Below are positions 1 through 14,094 of a DNA stretch of 36,809 nucleotides, piece after piece (positions within the stretch are counted from its first letter, which is position 1; each line of letters starts with the position of its first letter). This DNA comes from Perkinsus olseni (Eukaryota): the NCBI GenBank assembly GCA_013115125.1, contig JABANN010000346.1, positions 1-36,809 on the forward strand, written 5' to 3'. The notes below the pieces were generated by a model, which searched no databases, was not told where the DNA came from, and saw nothing but the letters and a program-made list of their open reading frames with translations. A program made the position numbers and the translations under genes.

Positions 1-75
1 TCTTATTGTGTGTTTTGTCTAACGTGCCGCTTGGCTCGTTTAAACATCACTTCTGCTTCGCAGAGCTCAACTTAA
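1..75 (+). CDS. Possible 3' end of a CDP-alcohol phosphatidyltransferase (PssA-like) gene, partial
   Basis: Frame 1 reads SYCVFCLTCRLARLNITSASQSST*. RLARLN after a hydrophobic stretch resembles the RLARFN motif of phosphatidylserine synthases. Only 24 codons are visible. Confidence 0.25.
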   Translation, partial: SYCVFCLTCRLARLNITSASQSST

Positions 76-2380
76 CGCTAGGCTCCGGTTATGAGGGCTG
101 CCATAACTTACTCTCGTTCCCATCGGCACGTTGGCACCACAGCTTAGCTTCAGCAGCTTCTGTGCCTCGGTTGCGACAATTTTAGCCTCATTCCATCTTT
201 CGTCTGCGGGGCCCAGCATTCGATAGTCGATCGGAGCAGAATCCCAGAATGCTGCTACCAGCGATCATTCCACACAGATTTCGGAGTGAGTCGTCCAGTT
301 TACCACGGCGGGCGACTAAAATGGGAGGTCGGACCGAATGTCGCCATAGTCTTCGACACCTCGCGCGCGCAAATCTGCCTCTCGACCCTCACTGTCCTTC
401 AGAAGGTTCTTAGCATTCCTGACATCCTCCTCAAGCGTCTGGATGCGACTTCGTGCCTCTCGTATCGACCGACGATCGAGTTCCGCTTGCTGCCTGAAAT
501 GGCTTGCAGCGATCGTGGCGTGTCACTTACGCTGACCCTCATCGCCGCAAATCCCCAGACTTACCGCATACTCTCCAGTTCGGCGATGAGACGTCCCCTA
601 TCGGCGCCAAGGGCTGCCATGTCCTCCGCAAGTACTAGGACTTCTTTCTTGGACTTCATCACGTGCTCTTCGGCATCCCGTATCATAACATCGTCTTTGA
701 CCACCATAGCTTGTCGTTTCTAAGGCACGGGCTAGCGTGTGATCCCTCGCGGAGACTGCGTGACCGTCTCGATTTGCAGGGGTACTGCCGCGACTGTTTA
801 CCCGATATAATAGCGGAGCGTTGTGAAAGCAGGCGTGCTGCGTGGCGAGGAGGATATAGTGTAAGACTCACCTCCCTCGAAGGGCCCTCCTTCACTGGGC
901 CGTCATCATCCTCTATACTGATGGAAGCCACGCTGTTATCAAATAAGATCAGCCCTTGGCGTTTGGCTGTCGAGTAGGGAGAGATGGCCCATAAGCCCTC
1001 GAGTTGTGACGGAGTCCGGCACACCTCGCCCGACATCAAGACCCGACACCTGGAAGGCAATGAAACCATCGGGAAGCCCATTGCCTGAGGTACAAGACAA
1101 GGCGACGGAACGCGGTGGAATGCATTGGTGGTCAGACCAGTAGTGGTTGTTGAGATCAAGGATGTATAAGGACGCTGCATCCTCGGGCAAAAGGAGGAGC
1201 TGAGATCCGCCGATGCTCCACAGCCACGACGACCCATCAGCCCCTCGACAGGGCGGCGGAGGTGACCTGAACGGCAGGTACCATAGTCGACTGCACCGAT
1301 CTCGATTGGTCCACCCTTTGGTATCCAGATGCTCCCACTCGTAAGTGGAGCAATCGAGGCGCCAGAGCTCGTCGGAGAGCCTCGTGTCCCATTCGACCCC
1401 TGCGTGAGGTGAGTAATGACCAGAGGACACACCAATGGAAGCGAGACAGGCAGGAGTCGGGGACTTAACCGGTTTGTCCACCGAATAGGTAGATGGAGCC
1501 CGGCGAGGCGGTCATGGCGAATTTATCCCGAGGCGACGGTCGAAGTGCCGTGGAACTGAGGAAAGGGGAATGAACGGGTCATTGAATTCAATAAGAACCA
1601 CTCACCAGCTGCCCACTTTGACTTTCCTCCATACCGCACCCCCTATGCTATCGCATTGGCTGGGGATGGAGTGGTACAACCAATCGGCCTTCGACAAGTC
1701 CAAGCTCCAGAGATCGGAACGCCGTAGTTTCTCAGGATCGCCTTAGTCGAGCAACAGTCGTCGATGTTGTGGCAGTGATCTTACTGATGCCGCCGAAGAG
1801 AAGGACCTCAGAGTCGTTCAGTGGAGAGATGCACAACCCCGAGTTGTGTCGTGGGGGCGGTCCACCGTGGGGAAAGAAGAACCGACGCCAATGGCGTTGG
1901 TTGAGATCGAAGGCGAGGGCTCGATACGACCTCCGACCTCCCATGGATACCCTGCCAACTCCACCAAAGACGATCAAATACAATCCCTGCTGCTGCTGAT
2001 CGTCTATTTCGCCGACCTCAGTGACCACGGCTGATGCGAAGGACATCATTGGTGGACGGGATGATGGGCCCTCCTCGGCTGCTGGCAGTGCCTTCCTGAC
2101 ACCGGCTGATGGAGCTTGCGTACTCAACCCTCCTGTAAAGTACCACATCCACTCCCCTGGGGTGGAGGGATTCTCAGTCACTGCGGTGACCACGGGCGTG
2201 AAGGAGCTCTCAGAGGGGTCGCCTCCGAACAGGATGAACCTGTTGTCGTACTCCCAAGAATCACAAAGGGTCCCTAGGGTACTTCTCGCCATCCGGGGTT
2301 ACTGCTAGACTACCCCCATCCCTTATCGTGGGTGAATGGCTGCCTGCTGTGAGCAGCTCAGCTCGGACACAAGAGGCCAT
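67..2380 (-). CDS. Kelch-repeat (beta-propeller) protein with C-terminal coiled coil, multi-exon
   Basis: ATG at 2380 (MASCVRAELL...). A 43-nt GT-AG intron at 2240-2282 gives ...PDGEK|FILFGG. Kelch signatures: FILFGG, WYFTGG, LIVFGG, PPPRHNS...VLLFGG, LSDELWRLD, LWSIGG. Exons at ~370-720 are coiled-coil-like (REARSRIQTLEEDVRNAKNLLKDSE). The 3' end (TGA at 67-69) is tentative. Confidence 0.75.
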
Positions 2381-2544
2381 TGCGTTCACCACTTGAGGGT
2401 GCCAAGGTGACCTCTCTCTCCCTGTTATTGACGACTCAACACCACGGTAGCATACGGTGGTAGTAGAAGATACGTTACAAGCCGGGTCACTCCTGAGAGT
2501 CCTCAACGGCGGCCGCACTGGTAGAGAATTACTTTGGGCAACAC

Positions 2545-4139
<1,595 letters not shown>

Positions 4140-4396
4140 GGCAAGGAATCGGGAAGCTACGACGAAGCTGATGATCGCCGGGCAAACCCGAAAGAATGAG
4201 TAACCAAAAATGTGGTATTCCTTCGAAATGTAACGGTGAATAAGAACGAATGCTACAGTCAATGTGTGAGCGTCGAATTCGCAGCTCCCAGCGAGGAGGA
4301 ACTACAAAAGAGGATATTGGACAGTGAAGGGGAAAACAGGAGGCGCTCAAGGCTTCCCTATAGACAAATCAGACCAACAGCAGCAGCTGTTGGTGA

Positions 4397-7054
4397 TCAC
4401 TCAAGCCTTTCCAGTGCCGCCCCGAGGGGCCAGGCAGCGTAGAGGAGGCCGCCCTTGTCGTAGGAGAGGCGCTCTGCCACTACGGTTGGCTGTGTGTCGG
4501 GTATCCCAAAGGCATCGGACAAGAGAGAAGTAACATAAACAGCGTCTAAACACGCCCACGGCAGACTGCCGCCACCGACGGTCTCAGCGCATCGCACACG
4601 AGCGACATCGCGGAACTCCGCTACGGTGACGACGACCTCGTGGGCTCCAGTGGGGACCAGACCATTAGAGCGGGCCACGTCAAAAACATACGAGAATACT
4701 CGGAAAGTGTAGCTGCTAGGATCGAGAGGTCCCCTCCAAGCACCGTTGAAGGCACACTCGGAAGCCTGAGTAGCCCCACAGTCCTGGTCTAGGTCGAGGG
4801 CTGCCCGCACAGTAGCGAGGCACCTCTGATAACGGGAAGAAGAAGGCAAAGGATCAGGGTGAAGGGAGAGACGTACGCCTGCATAGTCGTAGTATCGGGG
4901 CAGATCGTCAGATGGTATGAGGCATGGAGAGGTACCTTCAAGATGAGATGGGTCTAACATCACAACGCCGCCGCAACGCCCCCAGCGTTGAGCGGCCACT
5001 GTGATGGCCCGTATAGTATTCAACTTCAGGTGTGATGCACTCGTGTTTCCCCTGCTACTACCATTAGTATTCTCCTGTAATACCCGCTGCCTGGCTGCCT
5101 CCAGGCCGTAGCCAAGCCAGCTATGGACGTACAAAGGACCGTCGGCCATACTCTGTGGCCGGATGGAGGCTGCTGATGCTAGGAAGTAGTCCTTCATCCT
5201 CTTCTCAGAGGAGGTGGAAGAGGCGGCTGCTCCTATCGGATAGGTAGGCCGTAGATAGTCAGTAAACTTGTTACGGTCGGACGGGGTAACCTACAGTACG
5301 ACATACTCAAGGGAAGAAGTCCCAGGGAGCGCCGAGAGTAGTGCCGCTCAACAGGGCTATGTTCTCCGATACCCCCTACTACTTGGGATCCTTTCAACGT
5401 GCGGTAGGCCAACTGGACGCTGCCGCCGCCCAGATCCACCACAGCGCTGGGCTTGGAAGTGAGGGCCGATGAGTGAGCGCCGTAGATAAAGTCTACACTA
5501 CGCCACATGTATAGACCCTCCTCGGAGCCATCCAATACCGCAACATCTACATCTCGTACCAGAGTGAAGGGGCTTTCACGTATCACTCTCCTAGAGACCT
5601 GAGTAGAGGAGTATCGAGCATGTAGAGAGCTGGCCGCCAGCAGATTTGACACGGCGTTTGCTATAAGAGCATGTAGGGCGTCTAATGCATTAGGGAGATG
5701 AGTAATGACTATGGATTGGGCGTGTAGGACCTGACAGGCCGCTGGCAGAGCCTTCCGAAATTTTTCGATAGTCTTTCTGCAAGTATTTAAAGCTCGAGAC
5801 TGGGCTCCTAGTATTCGTTGCGTTTTGAGCACTCTTTTCATATAGGACTGTTCGGATTAGAAGGGAGTTGACACTTTTGTACTCACCAGTACACTCAGAG
5901 CACGGCCTTGAGGAGTGAATAGTCAAAGAAAGGAACCGAAAACGTTGTCGCTGTGGATTTGTTGGGCAGTGTACCGCTGCTTAACCATCCGCTAATGCCT
6001 CTGGTTGAGCATGTGTGAGGAGCATGTACGCTAGATATACCGGCATCAACGTTGTTGTCTGTCGTGATTCGACAGAGCCGCTCAGAAAGGAGGAGGGGGG
6101 ATAGGCGTGAGAGAGAAAGTCCATTGTCGAGGCATCCCCATAGGGGATTGAAAATGGAGCAGCAATGGCTGACCCTACTCATCCCCCTCCACTACCTGTA
6201 GTAGCTCCTCCGCGGCTTCGAGTGGTATGAGCCTAAGCCCCGCTGTAGCCAGTAGCATAGCCTGGCATCCTACTGCCTCCGGTACACCGATAGAAGCCTC
6301 CTTCAAGAGCCACTCCAGCCCTTCCCTGAAACAGCGTACCGTTGGACCGATGCTGACTGGCTGACCTCATCCGACAGGTATGACCCGAGGAGTATCTCAC
6401 TACCACTATTCATTCACGCTGACGTGTTATACTGCGGACTCGGGAGCTCGAACCCCACAGCAGCAGCAGCCTTTCTGGCTTTCATTCGGACTCAACTGCC
6501 CCCTCGGTCCCATAGTACCTCGCCCCCTCCGGGTTCTCCTTGTAAGCGGAGAGACCACCATCAACTTTCCGGAAAAATGTCATCTCAGGGTCCGCTGTTC
6601 GTTCCAATGTGATGTCCCCATCCCTCCGGCGGAATTTAAAAACATGTATCCGAGTGCCAGTCGAGCCAGCATCTAGTACCACCTTGAATATAGGCTGCTC
6701 AAGAGAGCCGCTGCCCCGAGAGACGAGGCGACCGCTGCCGAAGTTGACTAGGACGCCCACAAGAAGCAGCGTGAATAGGGCAAAGAGTGCTACTCTAACG
6801 GCTTGCTCCCGGCAACTGCGTAAAAGCTTCCAGCTCTTCGTTCTCATACTGCTAACAGTGACTGAGATTGGGTTCATGGCCAATAGCCCGGGATGGAAGG
6901 CCGGCTCATTCCTGACGGCCCACGACGCATCCCGCGGCGTAAAGTCGTCTATGACATTCTCCTCCTCTGCCTTCATCGAGGAGAGCTCCAATCGTCGTTT
7001 AACGGTTACATCAATCCCGTGTGAAGGCTCCTGGCGATGATGCTCATCATACAT
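4397..7054 (-). CDS. GDA1/CD39-family apyrase (NTPDase) with N-terminal signal anchor, multi-exon
   Basis: All five apyrase conserved regions are present: VVLDAGSTGTRIHVF (ACR1), LLATAGLRL (ACR2, ~6230-6260), DGSEEGLYMW (ACR3), DLGGGSVQ (ACR4), AWPLGAAL (ACR5). Also LYVHSWLGYG and CAFNGAW, and a TM segment VRVALFALFTLLLVGVLV. The start is 7054 or 6976. Confidence 0.93.
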
Positions 7055-7345
7055 GGAAGGAAGAAAATACTGACGCGAATAGAGTTCGTAGAAGCTTTCG
7101 TCATGGTAGATGTTGTTTCGTCACTGTTGGCCCGAGAAGTGCATGCAGGTTGCACTAACAGCGCAACTTGTATCGGGGGGCAGCGAGAATCTCGGATTAC
7201 TCCCTTTCGTCGAGGGACGAGCCGTAGACCACAGTGGAGTCCAGAAAGGTAGATATCGGGGAGGTTACCCATCTCTACCTCAATTAATGTACGTGTATTG
7301 GAGGAACAAGGCACTTGGTAAACACAACACGTCAGGGCAGCATCA

Positions 7346-8539
7346 TCAGCGGTGATCATGTGCTCCACTAGGAGTGGCCGCCGCCGAGATGTAGCTTATG
7401 TCGCTGATAGGGCTGACCAAATCACTGGTTTCTCGCATGAAATTGCTGACTGCTCTTGACTGATCGGCCATGAAGCGTTCCAGACTTCCCTCGCCATGCT
7501 CTTGCCGTGAGTGCTCTCCTCGTAGCTCAGCGTTCTCCTTCTCTAGATGATACACCTGCCACAGGACGGAGGGAATAGGGAACCCCATAGCATCCTGTCT
7601 CAACGTACCCGATTGCTCAGCTTGGTGAGCAGCGTCCCATCACGGAGCCTCGAGACCTCCTGCATCAATCGGTCGCACTCGGCCTGAGAAAGACCACACC
7701 CATAGAGGCTCCCTATTTGTGGTGTGTCGACCCTCTATCAGAGGGTAACCTTCTGAGGGTTGATCGTGACACTTATCGAGTTGACCTACATTCTTCGCCT
7801 CGAGTGCTTCCGTGAGTGAGTTGATTCGACTGCGAGCATCAGCCAGTGTGGGGCCGAACCGCCCTGCGGCCGCTCCATCACGCCCTTCCTCAGGAGAGGG
7901 CGTCGACCGCATCAACTTCTCTCGTAGGACATCGCATTGATCTCGGTACCTTACAACGTGCCCTGAACCCAGCGCCCGCCGGTACACGTGCTGATTCACT
8001 CGAGGTTAGCCTTTTCTAAGGCGACGAATTGGGCAGCGGATGGTACCACTATGAGAATGCCGCAGCAAGAACAACTCACTTATTAGCAGCCATCCTCGCT
8101 GCCGCCAATTGCCGTGATAATGCAGTGTTCGAGGCCTTCAGTTGGTGTATGGTCTCACTAGCTCCCGTCTGGGATGAGAGGATGTCCTCGGCTTCGGTGA
8201 GTCGACTCTCGAGCGTTCTGATCTGAGCGGCGGGAGTGCGTGCCCTGAGTGAGGACAGAGACACTCACTCACGTAGGAGTGCAACTGATTCTTCCTTTGA
8301 AGAAGGTCCGCCTTGGCTATCATGGGAGGGGCTCCAGTTCCTTGCTCCGTGGCCGCTGAGGGCCGGCTCACATCGTGAGTTGTACACCGACCTGTCTCTG
8401 GAATAGCGGAGGCTGTCAGCTGCGGACGGGTCTGCTCTGAGATCATCTGCCGCCTCTTCACACGCTCGGCTGAGTCTCTTATTTGCTGCCGTAGGCGGGC
8501 AAGTTCCCCCACAAGAGTGTCAGCAGGCTTCGGCGGCAT
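7346..8539 (-). CDS. Coiled-coil hypothetical protein, multi-exon
   Basis: MPPKPADTLVGELARLRQQIRD..., IRTLESRLTEAEDIL, LADARSRINSLTEALEAK and VYHLEKENAELR are heptad-like exons separated by short GT-AG introns. The 3' end is uncertain. Confidence 0.6.
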
Positions 8540-8809
8540 TAATTGACTTGAACTATGGGGATTAAAGTAAGGCAGTCCCCTCAGGGGGCTCCCCTGCCCG
8601 GGCTAGCAGAGGGAACCCCCAGTACCACAATGAGACCCCGTTGGTCTAATTGGTACCACTATATCGAACTCGTTACCAAAGGGCGCTCCACAATGGACAA
8701 CTTCACGATTCAATCCAACTCGCGGTGGTGGTCCCCGCGTGACCATCTAGAAGGCCAGATTTTCTCAGAGCCACTGAGCGCAAGGCCATGGTTCAGTTTT
8801 ATGACAGCT

Positions 8810-9957
8810 CAATAAACATGGTTAAGAAGATCAGGGAATCGAAGGTTCAACCGATGCACCATCTGTCGTAAATGCAGTTGCCTGTCCGTACCCCCATCAC
8901 ACATCTGAAGGAGAGGCAAGCATGGTCATAAGCTTAGAGAGTAACTCATCCAATACGTACTTGAGGATAGGCCTTTGGGGACCACCATGACCCTGACCAG
9001 TCGTTGATCACTAGGTGTATAGGGCCGGACAGGGACCTACTCATGGCGCAGCTCGGACGCTTCCGTCGGAGGGGAGCAAACCCACCTCTGCAAGCTCGGC
9101 AGCCTCTCTACTGTTCCCATGTCGGTGAGGCGATGGTACCGCTCTGCGGTAAGGCCCTTGCCAGGCACACGACTTGAGGCACTCGTCGAGGCTGCAATGC
9201 TGCGTGAGCTGCTACTACTGTAGGAACGTGATGAGCTTATCCCTGTAACGTCCGTACCTATCGATAGCCCACTGTAGACAAACGATGAAACGGACTCTCA
9301 TTTTCTCGGTCACGTGAGTTTCGCTACGCGAAGTCATCATCCGCGTAACAGGTGTGTCTACAGAACGGGCGATACCATCACCATCCAGGAACAGCAAGTA
9401 TGATGATGATGGTGGTCAGTCCTCACGCCTGAGGCAAGGAGTCGGCCTTACTCGAGGATGACCCTGCGGCTTCCTTCGTTATATTCAACTTCGGCCTCAT
9501 CGGTATTGAAGAGTAATCATGCTCGTATGTACTGATCTTGTCGGGAGTACGGACCTTGGCCCGGAGACTGAACAGGGATATCACTTTTCCAACTGAAGTG
9601 GGATTGGAGTGGTATGAAAGTTTTGTCAGCAGGTAATATGACAATACCCAGATGCCAATGAAAAGCTGATACATCCGCCTGCTTACTGATGCTTGATGGG
9701 GGCAGTCCTATAAACTACACCTCCTTCATACGGATCGGTGTGGGTAGCCGCCTTAACGACTCGGTATGGGATGACCATAGCATGTGGGTGCACCTGAGGC
9801 ATCTACAGTCCATACTGCCATACCGTAGAGATGCGCCGACCAGCCTCTGCACTCGGGTAGTCCGATGATGACCAGGGACAGCGTGTGCTGCCAACCTCTG
9901 GGCATGGATCTGTCGGACTGAGCCTTCTACCATTCTATCAACTGCAAGACACAGCAT
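8810..9957 (-). CDS. Hypothetical multi-exon protein
   Basis: A series of short open segments bounded by GT...AG introns (e.g. ...IRMKE|gtgtag, ...LPSLQR|gtgggt). No recognisable domain; boundaries are approximate. Confidence 0.35.
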
Positions 9958-10342
9958 TGAAGGGAGTCCTTGCGGTGCATTTAACTATTTCGCTTCGCTA
10001 TAAGTGAGACCACGACGAGGCAGAAGCTGCTCCTCGCCCAGTAGTCATTGACAAGACAACAGGCATATTATGATGGCCCGTCAGAGACCAAATAGATTGA
10101 TCCTCGTCATCAGCAGCAGTAGTAGTAGCAGCATGACACGAAACTGTGCCGCCGAGGTAATAGTGACGGGGATTAATGATGACACCAAGTCCCATGGGGT
10201 CTGAGATATCCCAGACATGGATGGTGAGACTGTCGGCAACAGCAGCAGCAGCACAGACGAGGTGAAGCCAAGTGAATACTCCGTAGATACACCTCCGGTC
10301 TGCTGGCTGTTGTTGTTGTTGTTTAATTGGTGCTATGAATTA

Positions 10343-12174
10343 TTAGGCATCTACAGGATGGTGGTGAGTAGTAGGAAGAGGAGGAACCGACGTGAGAACG
10401 GCAAGACGGCGACGTTCCCGAGAGTCACACACAGATTTACGACGGGTCAACTTAGGAGTTGGTCGTGGTGATGATGAACTCAACCCGGAGGCACTGGTGG
10501 AGGGCTCGCTGCCTGATGCTGGAGGAGTTGCATTCCACCGCGACTTGCCGTTCAGCCTACCTAGCGGCGTTGTTGGTAGTCGCCCGATCACAAGGCAGGC
10601 GCTGCGGCGTCGCTTAGAGGGCCCCGATGGTTGGCCGAAGCCGCCATCTGTTGAGGCCGGTGGGGACAAGAGTCGCCCCTCCTGACGGCCTACCTTCACA
10701 AGACAAGATGCCAGATCGTTCTCGCTTGGAGGCGCGTTGATGGGACTGTGATAAGGTCCTTGAATGACCACTATCGAGTGCAACGGCAGAGTCGGGGAGC
10801 CCCACGAGCAGTGGGGCCAAGTCAACACATGCCAGGCGCTCACTAGGACTGTACTGGAGGCAGCCTCTAAGGAAGGCATGCAACCTCGGACTGTACCTGA
10901 AGCCACATCATTGCCATGATCGGCCGAGGAAAAACGATCAGCCAACCTGTCTTTGATGAATTGTGGGGTACGCTGCCCCTGAGCAGACAACACAGCCCTC
11001 CTTCTAGTGGCTGGCAGAGGGACTGGTAGGGCGTCGTTGATCAACTTCAACGTGGCCACGTCCGAGTCCCCCGTGAATGCCGGCTCGCCTGGAGCAGTCG
11101 TCGAAGGAGCCCTCAGCACAGTGGAGCCACTTACCCGTGTCGCATTCGGCAACCACGCAGCCGAGGGCCCAGACATCTATGGACTGCTCATAGTTGCCGT
11201 TCTTGCCCTTCCCCCTCTTCCCCCCTGGCCCCAATAGGAGCTCCGGTGCCCTGTACCATCGTGTTGATACATATCTGCTTGAACACTCTGATGCGATCAT
11301 CGAGCGTGTATCGTCATCACTCCGTGAGGTTGGCAGCAGCTGCGTGAGGAGCCCCCTCCTTGGACGGCGACGTGTCGGCTTCCTTCAAGTAACGGGCGAA
11401 GCCAAAGTCGCACAGCTTAACCACATCCAGCCGCTCCCCTGAGCAACGACCATTGCCATCATCATGGACCACCGCCGCCGCTTTACCGGTGAGGAGGATA
11501 TTCTCCGGCTTAACATCCCTATGGATGACTCCCTTCGAGTGTATATACCCCAGACCTGCGACCAGCTGCCTGCCTATCGTCATCGTCATTGCTAGGCCAA
11601 TCCCCCGGCCCTTGGGGTGCCCGTCATACACGGGTTGGGGAGTAGTAGGGTCCGAAGCACTACAACGCTCTATTAAATCAAGTAAAGTCTGGGGTGCGAA
11701 TCTGAGAATGGGGACGGGCATGCAGGGCATCAGCCTCGCCCACGAGAGAGGACCCCCGGCAGCATGCGCCACGGATGCCGACACCTCGGCGCCGCCGCCG
11801 CTACCCACTCAAAAATGAGATATAAATTTCCCTTGTCAGTGCGGACGACTTCCAGCATTTCGATGATATTGGGGTGCTTCAGCTCAGACAACAGTCGAGT
11901 CTCGCGTGCAGCGGTCCCTACAAGGTAAACCATCAGCACTGGTCGGCACCACCAACGCCTACTCTCAACGCTCTCCTCCTTCCCCACAGGCCTTCGGAAC
12001 TTCTTGATGGCCACGTACTCGGGTGGCTTCTCTCCGAAAAAGACCTCTGCCGGGGATCGAACCCGTGCCTGATGGTTACAGCATCCGTGATACAGCCAGC
12101 GAGTACTATCCTGCCTTATATACAACACCGTAGGTCCCTTCTCCCACGGTTTGGAGGGTATCGTACTTCTCCAT
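10343..12174 (-). CDS. CDKL-type CMGC Ser/Thr protein kinase with low-complexity C-terminal tail
   Basis: [57 protein letters not shown], spliced [17 protein letters not shown] (TEY motif across intron 11275-11320) and [11 protein letters not shown]. The MEKY start, KLCDFGFAR and TxY-V-x-TRWY are typical of CDKL kinases. Confidence 0.92.
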
Positions 12175-12312
12175 GAGTGCTGCGACTCGACAACAACCTC
12201 AACTGTCTGGCCCGCCAGAAGGCCTTCTATCCCCAATTTCAAAACTCCACGCAGATGTGAAAACTATGGTAACTGTACACACACTGGCCGTCTGTCATTG
12301 TTGTTACATAAA

Positions 12313-13862
12313 TTATTGGTGGGAGCTCTCGAGGTTCGCGTCCTTCCCTCCAGCGGCAGCCTGGGCTGATGATGATGATGACGCTGCTGCTGCTGCAGCT
12401 TGTCTATCCCTCATGGCCTTCCGCGCCAAGCGTCTCTGGCGGTAGATAGCGACGTTGGCAAGGGAAGTTGGCCGGCTCGGGTCGGGCGCCGTCCGAGTGA
12501 GGAAGTCCGCCAGTGCACTGTTGGAGGCGTCCTTGAAGGCAACGGGGAGAGGCGTGCTGGTCGTTGCTCGAGGGGCTCCTTCATCCACCATTAGGAAGCC
12601 GCTGGCATGATGTGGCCGCTTCCGCTGGTCAGGGCCTTCAGGGTCCTCCACCACGGTCGAAGCCGAGGTCGAAGGCGGCGGCACTTTGTGTTGTCGACGA
12701 TGATGTTCATGACGCTTCTTGCGCTTCCTCGCCGATGCTGATGTCTTGGCAGGCGGGGGGTCCACCAGCCCGTTGGAATGACAGTAAGGGCATGCAAAGT
12801 AGAGGTGCTGAGAAGGCGTAGAGAGTACTACTACTACCAAATGGCAGCAGCAGCAGGCTTACCAAGAACCCCTCATCAACATCACTCCGATCGTAGCCAA
12901 GGTCTTTGACACGCCCGTAGAGCAGCTCTGCAGCGCAGTGCCTGATACAGAGACAACCGTGGCACAATGGCTCCCTTGGTAGCAGGGAGAGAAGAAAGCA
13001 TAGGGATAGACTCCCTCATCGGACCCCTCATAGATGCCTGACCGAGGGGAGGGCCTACTACCCATGGAAGGTCGCCAAGCAGCTACCATCCATGCCCGTG
13101 CAGAGGACGATGTCCTCCTCGGGACTGCTGCTGTCCGCCTCTTGCGGAAGGGTATCACCGCAGCCCTCACAGCGCAGCTCTGCAGCCTCGGTGTTCTCGA
13201 TGCCCTTCTGCCGAACTAGCTTGCAATGGGCGTATCTGAAGTACCTCCATCTCAGTTGGGCATCAAGCTGGTAGACACGCCGTCGTGTCGGCTGTCGATC
13301 GTCACGCGATAGATGTTTTCTACTGCTAGGCTTGAGCCACCTCATATAACAACAGTGTTATTGAACCGTTGATGATGAGCGCCTAAGCTGAGTTAAGGCT
13401 GAGATAAGCAACCTTCCCAATGCCCATCTCCTCATTTCGTTGTTTACCAGACTGATAGCAATAAGGGCAGTACACGACCCCTTCTTTGTCATATACTCCT
13501 CTCACCCACATTCATCATCAGACCTCATTCGACACTCAACGCTAGTGATGCACGGGTGTAATTGCGCACGACGCTCCCTAAGGAAGCCGAAGTCCTCACC
13601 TCACCCTGCTGCCATCAGGACCGTACTCAGCTATCCACTGGAATCGTCTCTTGCACTGGGGACACCTGTTGTCCCTGCTGGACCATTGGGCTATACAGTC
13701 GTAGTGGAAGACATGCGAGCACGTGTTGGTGCATGCCATCATGGCCGGCTCCTCCAAGGCCAACAGGCAAGCCGAGCAACAACAATCAGTGTCCTCCGTT
13801 CGACTGGACCCTTCCAAGGACTCGGGTCGAGTCAGCGGCAGAGGACATTTCCGAGGAGGCAT
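12313..13862 (-). CDS. RING-H2 plus PHD finger protein (PHRF1/Asr1-like architecture), probable E3 ligase
   Basis: RING-H2: CSAC...CSHVFHYDC...CPQC (~13640-13775). The PHD assembles across introns: CEGC...VLCTGMDGSCLATFHG|HC...|FACPYC. Basic NLS-like RKRKKR. Confidence 0.8.
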
Positions 13863-14094
13863 GGCCCTAAGAACAGATAGTGTTAGCCCGCTGACAGTAC
13901 AAACGAAAGATCCCCAGCCCCCCCTCCCCGCCACTGGAAAGCTCATAGTGTAACTCAACACCCCAGGAGCAGATGGTAAATGGACAACAACGCGTCCAGA
14001 GTATGATCATGCCGGAATCATGAGCCTTCCCAACGCCAACTCTCACCGATTCTCGCCCGCACCAACAGGTCGAACATCCTTCTGTCCTTCGTGA

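Noticed and set aside
5106..5114. CCGTAGCCA spliced-leader-like match
   Set aside because: It is antisense to the conserved LGYG codons of the apyrase and explained by coding constraint.
6432..6460. tRNA-like GGGGTTCGAGCTCCCG in the 193-nt apyrase intron
   Set aside because: The stem is weak, with no matching 5' acceptor strand or D-arm and no terminator.
11275..11320. Apparent stop and loss of the TxY motif in the kinase activation loop (ORF track shows NLTE* and SSRYV)
   Set aside because: A 46-nt GT-AG intron restores NLTEYVSTRWY, so it is neither a pseudogene nor an atypical loop.
12051..12068. tRNA T-arm/B-box-like GGGTTCGATCCCCG
   Set aside because: It lies in the kinase exon encoding ARVRSP and has no other tRNA arms.
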